Shown here: piece by piece, positions 12,606 through 26,232 of the stretch
Position numbering within the stretch: position 1 is the stretch's first letter
How the letters are laid out: each line of letters starts with the position of its first letter
Assembly: GCA_964016885.1 (NCBI GenBank)
Contig: OZ024743.1
Coordinates: 151,528,001 to 151,592,000 of the forward strand
DNA: 64,000 nucleotides
Direction of reading: 5' to 3'
Source of the DNA: Eledone cirrhosa
Lineage: Eukaryota
Program-made: the position numbers and the translations under genes
The notes under the pieces: model-generated
The model's input: only the letters and a program-made list of their open reading frames with translations
What the model was told of the DNA's origin: nothing
Databases searched by the model: none

Positions 12606-14024
12606 GTATATGAATGTTAATGTCATGATATATTGAATTAGCTAGAAATAAATGTTGGATAACAGCAGGCGGTTTTACATGAGCTATATTTGTTCTTTCT
12701 GCCATTTAGTATCATGTTGGCTGACCTAGGATCAAGCAGAACTATGATCAAAGAGATTTTAGCTGATATTGTGCAATATATCTTACAGTCATAGTATATA
12801 TACAAATACATTTATTACAATGATTAGATATGATTTTAAAGAGATTCAACGCCTATTTCCTGCAGATTTGCTATCTATTTAGAGATGGTCTCATTGGCTT
12901 GAACTTCCAAAATTGTAAACGAGGAGAAAGTTAACTGGCTGAAATTGGTAGTTCTGCCTTGTCTTAAGACCCAAATAGCAGACTACATTGACCAGCATTT
13001 GTAACTACAAATGCTATTAAGGAAATTTCTACAGCCAATAATGTTTTAAAATGTGCATACATGGAGTAAAAAAAAAACAAAAAAAAACACGACAGTTGGA
13101 TGTCAAGATAAACTAAACTATTTTCCATTTCACACAGCTTTCTGAATCATTAAGGTGAGATCTAATGAGATTAATATAGTATATAGGCATAACAAGATGA
13201 AAATATTCAGTCAGATGTGAAATAATTCTAGTGTCCATATCAGAAAATTTGAAGTTGAACAGGCTGCTGAATCATAATTTCAAATGAGGTTCAACAAACC
13301 TAGCAAATCTTGATAAAGTATATGTTAGGAATAATATTTTCTTTCTAAATAAAATCATGTTTTTTTTCTCTTTAAAAACTAATTCAGCTCCTAGAAAGCA
13401 AATCTATTAATTTTAGATTTAAAGAAAATGCTTAGAGTTTGCATAAACATAAAGAAGGAGACATTTTGGCAGGCTAAAAGTAAATTGATGCTTATATTGA
13501 TGGATTTGAATATATGCATTTGTATATAATACTCAATTCATATGTAATAGATATATTTATACATTTGAAGCTTCACTCTATTGCTACACTAAAATGTTTG
13601 GTTTCATCACAAAAGAAACACAGAGCTGAGAGTAGCAAAAGAGTAAATCATTAACTTCAACCTGTCTCAGTCTATTCTCCAATATACACATGTCCTTTGC
13701 AGGTTTATTTTAATGTTTTATAATAGCAAGCTTTTCTAATGTTGTGAACTCCATCTAATACATGAACCGAGTGATATACGTATTGAGATTTATATCTTGA
13801 GAGTATTCTAAAAAGCTTTGAATATTTCATGAAAATATATCTTGTTTATATAGAAATTTTCAATACTCCTGCTGAAATATTCATTGTACCAGTCTCACCA
13901 TTAAGAAAGAAGTGACAATAGTCATGGGTTCTGGCCCATCTTTTCCAATTAAATTATAAGAATCAAAATTAATTGGAAGGCAGTTTTTCTGTATACCTAG
14001 ATGTTGAATATCTAAAATGTTAAT

Positions 14025-14405
14025 GGAGGCACATGGCTTAGTGGTTAGAGCATTGGCCTTCCAATCGAAAGGTTGTGAGTTCAATTCTTGGACTGGGTGA
14101 CGTGTTGTTTCCTTGAGCAAGACACTTTATTTCACATTGCTCCAGTTTACTCAGCTGTAGAAATGAGATGATAGGGACTGGGTCCCTATCATTCCACTGC
14201 AAAGTGGTCGTGGAGGTGCCACGGCAAAAAAAAGCACCCAGCCCACGCTGTAAAGTGGTCGTGTAGGCGCCACGGAAAAAAGCACCTAGCACTCACTGTA
14301 AATGAGGTTGGTGTTAGGAAGGGCATCCAGCTGTAGAAATCAAGCCAGAATCAGATCCCGTCCCACCCTTGCAAGCAGGGAAAAGCGGTGATAAAATGAT
14401 AATGT
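14025..14405 (+). mobile_element. tRNA-headed CORE-type SINE with RTE tail (family B)
   Basis: Box A TGGCTTAGTGG, box B GAGTTCAATTC, CORE-like TTGTTTCCTTGAGCAAGACACTT..CTCAGCTGTAGAAATGAG and an RTE-type tail. AATGTTAA lies on both flanks. Confidence 0.85.
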
Positions 14406-15334
14406 TAACACAACAAAAGAAGATACGGAACTATATTTATTACCGATGATTAGAAACATATACTTGTTAGTTACTGGTAATAAGCTTCTTGAATGTCTAA
14501 CACTTTCTTTTTGAATTGTGTTTACACATGAAGAGATGAAACATTTCAAAGACTGAGGTATCACTTTCAATTTATGATAATCTATTCTGATTATTGATAT
14601 ATTCATAGCAATGTAATACCTATGGCAATGAATTTTATCTATATGATAATAATGACTAACATCAGCTCTAAATTATTATCTGTACAGAAATTCAATTAAC
14701 TCTATAATAACTTTCAAACAACATATTCTAATTGTATTCATGTATATTTCTAGAAATACCTACAGATAATACTAACAGATAATATTGAAAGGGTGTATGA
14801 AAGTTGACAAAAGGTTATCAAGATTAATTCACAAATTCACTATTATAACTTCTATTAAAAACAGACAACTTTTTATTTGATGTAATAAAGTATAATGTTT
14901 CAGTTAATAATCATAGAGCCATCAATATGATATGTCATAAAAATCAGATGCATATGTAAAACCTGAGAATGTTTAACTGTACTTCTCTTAGCTTCTATAA
15001 CTCCATAATATCTGATATCTACATATTACATACATATTGTATATCAAAATAATTATTCATAATAATTTACATCAAACGGAAATAACAACAAAATAATATA
15101 TATTATTCATATGAAACACTGTTTTGCATGAAAGAAAAAAGAATATTACGCATATGGTATTTCTAGAATCTTGCTTTATTTTAAACATCATTTTCGAAAA
15201 GTGAAGTGCATCAACAAAATAAAACATAACCTTTAAAATGAGATTGAATTTTTTAATCTTTTGTTGGAGATCTGAAGATTCAACATAATTTCACCCTAAA
15301 AATACTTATATGCATATTTATATATATCTTAGAG

Positions 15335-15570
15335 TTTGGCTGCTCAGCTCATGATTGTAAGGTCCTGAGTTCAATTCTTGGACTAGGTAGTACATTGACT
15401 TTATGAATAAGACACTTTATTTCATATTGTTGCAGTCCACTCAGCAGGCAAAAATGAGTTGTACCTGTAATTTATGGGGCTAAACTTGTTACATATTGTG
15501 TCATGCTGAATCTCATCGAAAACTGGATTAAGGGTACTCATGTCTGTGGAATCCTCAGCCACTGTGTGTG
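15335..15570 (+). mobile_element. Older CORE-type SINE (family C)
   Basis: Box B GAGTTCAATTC, a CORE-like segment and a distinct tail GGGTACTCATGTCTGTGGAATCCTCAGCCACT. A degenerate antisense copy is at about 27410-27610. Confidence 0.65.
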
Positions 15571-15638
15571 ACACACAAAAACAAGATGGCGTAGGACAGA
15601 ACAAAGGAGAGGCACAAAAACAAAGAAAAGAATCCCCA

Positions 15639-15681
15639 GTCACTGAAGAGGTCACAGAATGTGTGACGAAAGAAGTTTGAC
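15639..15681 (+). ncRNA. Degenerate minimal type I hammerhead ribozyme (Penelope-type)
   Basis: GTCA CTGAAGA G GTCACA-gaatg-TGTGAC GAAA gaag TT TGAC: both core boxes, a 6-bp stem II and a 4-bp stem I. Confidence 0.5.
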
Positions 15682-15829
15682 AATATATAAACAATCGTCT
15701 GGTTGTGGAACCAACCAACCAACCGGAAATTTATAAATTCCTAAATTTATGAATTTAATTTATAATAAATTGAAGTGAAAACAACTGGTGCGTGTGTTTC
15801 TTATTGGCAACATGACCCTCCCAAAGTAT

Positions 15830-15866
<37 letters not shown>

Positions 15867-16480
15867 CCTTCCAATTTCATTTTACATTATATACATGCAT
15901 GTGTATATTTCAATTATTCAAAAATTATTTTTAAGGGAACATGACCCAACAGGTCTAGTATAAAATAATGTTAATCAATATATTGAGATATATCTGTTGA
16001 GAAACTAATTAGTATTTAATACATGTATACATATATAACAAATACATTTGTATTTGTTATATATATGTATATATGTATTAAATCCTAGTTCATTTCTCAA
16101 TCGATATATCTCAATATATCGATTAAAATTATTTTATATTATTGATACTCTGAACAGAGTTTATTAAGGTCTTTACTGAGAAACATTATCTATGCATATT
16201 TTATATGTATTGATTAAACCTAAAATTAAGTTATGTATATATATAAATGTATGTATATATAAATGGAATAGAATGAAACGAAATTTCATTTCTCACTCTT
16301 AGTACGGCAGTTACTTAAATGTAAGTATGTATGTATACGTACATACATATATGTATACAGACGTACAGTAGTATGTATACATGCACATATATATATATGC
16401 ATGTATCGGTTTACCGTAATTCGGGCTGTTTGTTTGTTTACAAACAAACAAACCGGGCATTATAATAAATGTTCGGTAAA

Positions 16481-19310
<2,830 letters not shown>

Positions 19311-19317
<7 letters not shown>

Positions 19318-19544
19318 GAACAACGAGGAAGATTCGTTTACATATAAAAAATATTTAGTGTGTATTGATCTGTTATGCATGTTTCGCAGAGGATTGGCTC
19401 AAGGTAACCCATAGGAGTTATGGACCTGACTCCAGTATCGATCTGCTCCTCAGACTGGTTATGGACAAAAGGTTGATGTAAAAGGTTGATACGCAATATA
19501 TATTTTTTATATGTAAACGAAACTTCCTCGTTTTTCTATTATAT
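19311..19544 (-). mobile_element. Miniature element with ~50-bp inverted ends and a hammerhead-like core (probably Penelope-derived)
   Basis: TATAATAGAACAACGAGGAAGATTCGTTTACATATAAAAAATAT pairs with ATATTTTTTATATGTAAACGAAACTTCCTCGTTTTTCTATTATA. The minus strand has CTGAGGA-GCAGA..TCTGC-GAAAC. Confidence 0.6.
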
Positions 19545-19608
19545 ACACTCTGCCTGTGCATAGAGTGCCTGATTTGGAACCAACACCAGTATTTCACTGT
19601 ACTACCTA

Positions 19609-19611
<3 letters not shown>

Positions 19612-19687
<76 letters not shown>

Positions 19688-19688
19688 C

Positions 19689-19719
<31 letters not shown>

Positions 19720-19724
19720 GAGAG
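19612..19724. repeat. (TA)n(GATA)n microsatellite
   Basis: Read directly from the sequence. Confidence 0.95.
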
Positions 19725-21778
19725 AAGCAGACATAGATATAGAAGGAAATAAAGAACATGAAAATAATAGCTTATATAACCTTTGCTTTTCTGTTTAACA
19801 AATATATTTACTCGTAAATATATGACATACAGGATAAACAATTTAAAAGAAAATTAGAAAAATTATAGAATAGACGTACCTCAAGATTTAGTCAATAGGT
19901 TTTGTGATATAGAGGAAACTGTTTTACACATATGAACATATATATTTTTGCCTATGTTTACAGCACACCTATAGCAGCTGAGCTGATGACTATTTATTGA
20001 AACATCATCTTTGGCAAATATATAAAACAAAAAACTAAAAAAAAGTACAAATGCTGACACTTATAGCTTATAGAATAAAAGTTTTGTCAGTAGTGTATCC
20101 AGTGAAAAGCGAGTTCATTACAGCTCAACTAACTACAAGTTTCATCAAGCGGAATACTTATGGTTGTCATGACTACTGATGAAGATACTCCAATAGAAAC
20201 CTCCAGATATACGCTGTTACATCAATAAACGCTTAAAGATACAAGTATGACTTCTTTCATCATAATAAATCTATCGATATTGTCTAATGTAGTCAACCTT
20301 AATAAAGTGCTCTATTTATCATACTAGTTTATTGGAAAATACATAAACCCGTGTGTAATTGCTTCAGAAACATAAAAAATCATCAACTAAATCAATACTT
20401 CAGGCAGGTTGAAAGCAAAATCTAATTGATTTTGATATATATATTTGCAGAATATAGATATTATTTATACTGAGAAGGCATTACAGTAATCAGTACTCCT
20501 TACAAAAATTAGCAGATTTTAAACATTTTGTAGTAACAATAAATATAATGCACACATTTGATGTATGCTCTAAATGAGACCTTCGTTGAAATTAAGTTGA
20601 AATATTTTCTTTTAATCTATTCACATTGACACTCAAATAAACATGGTGTGAGAAATGTAAGAATTGGTAGATTGTCATACACAATGCCTCGTATTAATTA
20701 GTTTATGTCAAAGGGCAGGTGATTGACAAAATCAGTAAAGCATTGGACAACATGCCACATAGTTTTTAGTTCTTGCTCTTTACATTCTGAATTCAAATCT
20801 TGCTAAGGTCAACTATGCATTTCATCCTTCTGGAGTCAATAAAATAAAGTAACAGCCAAGTACTGAGGTCAAGTTAATTGATTATCCCTCTAAATTATTG
20901 GCCTTGGGCCTATGCTATAAAGAATTAGTTACGTCATTTATTTTCTAAGTTCAAATCACACATAGGTCCACTTTGCTTTTCATCTTTTCAAGGATGATAA
21001 AATAAATGCCATCATCATCCTCATCGTTTTTCCATCTGTTTCCAATGCTCCAGTACGACATATCTTCACTTGTTTATGTTTTTCTTTGTGTAATTTAAGT
21101 TTCTTAAGATCATCTTTCACCACTTCTGCCTACATATCACTTGATAAAATAAGTTATAAGCTCTATATAATCAACTCTATGTTAGAAAACTGTACTCCAG
21201 TATGACCACAGTCTAATGACTGAAACTAGTAAAATATAAATGAATGGAACTTATTCAAAATCTGACAACTATGGAGACCTTTGTCCTAAAGAATTAAGAT
21301 TTTAAGTGAAAGATTTAGCAGTGTGCTCTGACAGCTTCCTTAGAAATCAGTGGTCAACAACCGAAGAGGTAAGCACAATAATAGATTTCAGATTTTAAAT
21401 TTTGTTATTTTACAAATTTATTGCTTCACACTCATTATGTAAAAGTTTTTTGAATGATTATACAATATATATAAAGAAAATGCAGGAAATAACTGACAGA
21501 TGTAGAAAACCACTAATTAAATGAAAAAAAATAAATGCCAAAAAACAATTCACACCCTCCCCACCCCTTTGATATCAATCATCTTAAGACCAGCTCTCTT
21601 TCTATGATACAACAAATGATTTAAAGTGTTCATATTTAAATTAAAGCCTTCCATCACAATTTTGTGTAAGAACATTTTTATTAAGTTCTTTTACAAACAT
21701 CAACTTTAATTTCTTTATTCATTTGCATTATTCTTTATTTTTTAATGAGTTCTGCTTTTTATTATTTTTTTTTGCCTC

Positions 21779-22000
21779 AAGGGTGGTGTATTTGCAGTAT
21801 CATTAGGGTGCCAGACAACATGCTTGCAGCATATAGTTATGGTCCTTTACGTTCTGAGTTCATATCCCGCCGAGGTGAGCTTTGCCTTTCATCCTTACGG
21901 GGTCGATAAAATAAAGCACCAGTAATGCACTGGGGTCGATTTAATCAACTTTTCCCTCCCCCAAAATTACTTGCCTCATGCCTAAATAAGAAACCATAAT
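21779..22000 (+). mobile_element. tRNA-derived SINE family A (long variant)
   Basis: Box A, box B, body GCCTTTCATCCTTACGGGGTCGATAAAATAAAG and tail. Older copies lie at about 20715-20925 (+), 22365-22575 (-), 29945-30105 (+), 56325-56515 (-) and 58219-58455 (+). Confidence 0.8.
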
Positions 22001-23202
22001 TTTTTTTGACTCATTTTAGAAAACGTATGTATATGTGAGTGAATGGTGGGATATGTTTGCATATAAGTGTTGTGTTAGTAGTAATATAAAGTGTTATAGA
22101 TAATATTCATGTAAAGACAGTGTACTCCAACCAATGCATCACTCCCCCTGTCTTCAGAACCTCACAGTTGAGCAGACATTTGAGCTCTGCTCTACTATGC
22201 TAACTCATTGCATGTTGGCACAGATCCACAAGCAATATATTTTGACACTGGAAGATAGAAACCAAAATTGCCCTAACATGATTTGGTAGGTAGTAAACGA
22301 GAACAAACACCACAAGGCATTTTGTTCAACAATCTAATGGTTCAGCTAATTCACACCAAGTTAATGATTTCTAATATAGGCACATGGCCAGAAATTTGGG
22401 AGAGGAGCAAGTCAATTAAATCGATCCCAGAACTTTACTGGTACTTTATTTTATCAACCCCAAAAGGATGAAAGGCAAAGTTGACCTCAGAAGGATTTGA
22501 TCTCAAAATGTAAAGAGCCAAAATAAATACTACTAAGTATTTGTCTGAAGCTCTATGTCTGTGCCCATCCACCACTCTACACCAACTTTATAATAACAAA
22601 TTTTCAATTATTTTTACTAAATCTTTCCAAATCCTTGATTATTTTCAAAATTAATAGAAAATACTTGGGCACTCTGATCACAAAAAGGCTAAGCAAAATG
22701 AATTAGCTGTTGACTAGATAGAATTGAGCCCCTTCCTACAATTATCTTGTTATTGTTGACTCTAGGTAAGAGTTTTAGGAGATAATGTTAAGATGTTGCT
22801 TTAAAAAACTATAATAATTATAAGCAAATAATTTTAAAGGCAATATAAACAAATTTCATTTTTACAAAATCACTAACTATATGCACTACTACAATATTAC
22901 AATTCTACTCTACTACACCTATGACACTATAATACCACCCAGCATGTTTATATTACTTTCCACATATGCCCTCACCATTGGTATCTATCATTTGGTGAGT
23001 AAATCTTTTATTAGATTTCCCATTGGAAGGAAGCTGCATTTGGGGGTAACCAAGGAAGATGTGAACCAAGGCTGTGAGAGATGAATGCAAATTGCCCACA
23101 GAGGAAATAATGAAAGGCTTCTAAGATTGAAGGGATGCTGGCAAAGTCCTGTCCAACACATGCAAGCATGGAAAATTAGACATAAAACTGTGATGATGAT
23201 CT

Positions 23203-23403
23203 TTAACCCTTTAGCATTTACATTACTCTATATATACTATTATATGTCAATGGTAAAGGCTTTACCTCACATAAGATTCAATCTATGAGATTTTGATATT
23301 ATTTATTTGGAGAACAATACCTTAAGAACAGTATGAGTGGCTGGTTACAGCCGGTTTGAACAGAAAGATGTGAGAGAATTCTGGCTGGATGCTAAAGGGT
23401 TAA
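23203..23403. mobile_element. piggyBac-superfamily MITE
   Basis: TTAA-CCCTTTAGCAT ... ATGCTAAAGGG-TTAA gives 11-bp TIRs starting with CCC and a TTAA target-site duplication. Confidence 0.8.
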
Positions 23404-24509
23404 AACATGAAATGTAGAAAACAGTTATATTCAATAGTACCACAATACAGATTTTGAAGAAACATCCCTACTCCTGTTAGCATTACTCTGAGCTATGCCT
23501 TAAAAATCACACTGCTAGTTTCTGAGAATACTGCAAATTCAATATTGCTATATAATAATGGAAAACAATTCTTCAGAGAGAGTTGGTTCACATTAATGAG
23601 AAAAGTTAATAACCTTTTACATCCAACACATATCCACTACACAGGAATATTTTGCACACATCTACAATTCAGTTATAAAATAAATAGCAACCAAAAATTA
23701 AAAATAAAGAATACTAAACTACATTCCCCAAAACTATCTCACCAGTTTGCTATGTCTTCACTTTACTTCTAGTTGGGACTTAGAACAATGGCTTTTTTTT
23801 TTTTATCATACTAACCTAAACTTACTTCATGCCCATGTACATTCTCTTTTTTCATCCTTGTTGTATTACCATATCTAACCTCCTCACATTATTAAATAAA
23901 ACAAAACTAAAAATATAGAAAACATGCAGCACTGGCTCTTCTTTCAGATTGACAAAACCTCGTTGTTTTGATATGTTTTAGTAAATATTGTGAACTATGA
24001 AGTACATTCAGTTTATGCCAACAGCATTTTCATGTGTAATAAATACTTTTTCACTGGCATCTGTTGGTAAAAATAAGAAACCTTAATTAAAAATATAGAA
24101 TAATTTACTAATTCGGCACATGTGGAGGAGAAATGGAAAGTAGGTTTCTTAATTAAGGAAAAAGAAACACTGAAACAATTTATGTGTGAAGTTGAATACT
24201 AAGAAGCTAACACGCTACTGCTCATATTTGGGAATTTGTTACACAAGGAATAAGACTTTGTAACACCTAAACTGTATTAAGCACACATTAAATGGAGTAC
24301 TCAGTTCTTATTAAAAATTATATGACTATGGTGCTATTACATAATTATGTAATCTGGTAAACCACTGAACCAAAAATATGGTTTCTCTGTTCAAGCACTC
24401 TGCCTGTTTGATTGAATTAAGAAAGAATTTCCACTATGAACCAACTTTCAAAATTCCTGATATGACATGGCATAAATATTAATTAAGCAAGCTAAAGTAT
24501 CTAACTTAC

Positions 24510-24542
24510 ATTCGAAGTGGGTGGGTAGAGCTAAAAGTCTCT
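24510..24542 (-). CDS. Candidate microexon of an unidentified host gene (33 nt, or 21 nt from the alternative AG)
   Basis: Minus strand reads ccttttcaactttgctgaag|AGAGACTTTTAG|CTCTACCCACCCACTTCGAAT|gtaagt. The donor is perfect and both lengths are multiples of 3. Confidence 0.3.
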
Positions 24543-24785
24543 CTTCAGCAAAGTTGAAAAGGATTGTATGTTTTAGATTATACAACTAACATAAATAGAA
24601 TATTAGTGTTTAATGGAAATATAGTTACAGAAATATAGTTCTCAGAATAAAGGGATGAATATAATTTTGGATACAAGGTTTAAAGAGAGAAACAAAGTAT
24701 GTGTGAAGAAAGTAGATCTGAACGGAAAGTTTATAGGAATCTAGTATATTGTGAATAAAGGTTGTCAGTATAATGTCTTCTTCAG

Positions 24786-24996
24786 AAAACAAAATATACA
24801 GTAGGCAATATGATAAGCTATTCAAAATATAGATCTTTAAGCTATGTTGAAAGCATTACAATGAAAATCTACTAAATGAGATGAATACTTCACAAAACAA
24901 AATATACAGGAGGCAATATGATAAGCTATTCAAAATATAGATCTTTAAGCTATGTTGAAAGCCTTACAATGAAAATCTACTAAATGAGAAGAATAA
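24786..24996. repeat. 108-bp tandem duplication (2 copies)
   Basis: AAAACAAAATATACAG..CTACTAAATGAGA is repeated with about 3 substitutions. Confidence 0.92.
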
Positions 24997-25934
24997 TAAG
25001 TAAACGGTATGATTGAATGATTATATTTAATAGCAACTAGAATACAAAAAAATCTGTTCTGAATGCAAATGAGGTATGTGCAAGCATAATCTACTTTTAG
25101 GCAGAAAATATACAATAGGAATAAATCATTCATTAACCATATTCAGTTGCATAAATAATTGGACAACAGGGTAGATATATGACAAGATTATTAAATTGAT
25201 ATTAATGGGCAATGAATTTTACAGTTCCAGGTAATTCTGCTTCATTACGCAAATAACACACAATTCAGAATCACGAAGTAGTAATTTAGATGGAAAACAT
25301 TTTGAAAAATATGTCAGGTGACAAACATAAATATTCACCATCAGATTAACATTTTTTGTTTTAATGAGGAAAATGGTTGGTAAATACATTTGCTTAAGCA
25401 CGTTTGTTTCGTTTTAATAACTGCACTGGCAGAAGTGAAATAAGCTTATAAGGAATGCTTCAAAATCTTTCATTAATGACATAAGACTAGAGAAATATTT
25501 AAACTGTCAATAATTTATGTTTCTTTTAAATGAAGAACATAATCTACATAATCCTTAGAAAATAATTTTTAGGCTTTTACTTTAAATATTTCCCTACATA
25601 TATCCCAAGGAATATTTCACTTGTCTTTATTGAAGCTTGCTACATTTCAGCATATTTCATAAGTTTTAAATCTTTAGATATTTTTATATCATTCCATTTT
25701 TTTCTCATTTACATGCAGGCTCAATTTGTTCATCTTAATTTAATGTAGTTTTTATGTTTCAATTACATGTCATAAAAAATATTGTGAAATTATTTCAATG
25801 TAATCTATCTAAAGACTCATCAAAAACAAGTTATGTATGCAATACTATTTGTATAGTAATATCTTTCTATCCTACCATTACAAAATTGTAAATTTTCTCT
25901 TCATATGAACTCCCAAGTATAATTTCTCTTAATA

Positions 25935-26232
25935 CTTTGTGCATACTGATCTTGAGCACTGACATAAAATCCCGAGAGCAGGTTGCCCAAAACAGGCCCC
26001 TATGGCATACCTTCATACATAAAGTTGCAAAATACTTGCAAGAGACATGTATCCAGGTAGCAGAAAGCAAAAGTGAACTCCATGAAACCCAGTCAGCTGG
26101 TACTTCAAATAAAACTACCTTATATGTGACAGTTATTTCCATGCCAGGATTGAGCTCATCAGTCATCTATGGACATACACAATTCGGTTAATAAAGTCAT
26201 AGTCATCAATTACTGATGAATGAAGAACAATA
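25935..26232 (+). mobile_element. Decayed BovB-like RTE 3' end
   Basis: EQVAQNRPLW motif and, in another frame, ICDSYFHARIELISHLWT (a C2H2-like C-terminus). Confidence 0.65.

Noticed and set aside
14025-14100. tRNA gene (also at 55159 and the SINE A heads)
   Set aside because: Boxes A and B are present, but the cloverleaf is imperfect and runs into a SINE body and tail.
20170-20225. CTGATGA..GAAAC hammerhead-like boxes (also at about 19983, 4195 and 55768)
   Set aside because: I could not pair stems I-III convincingly.
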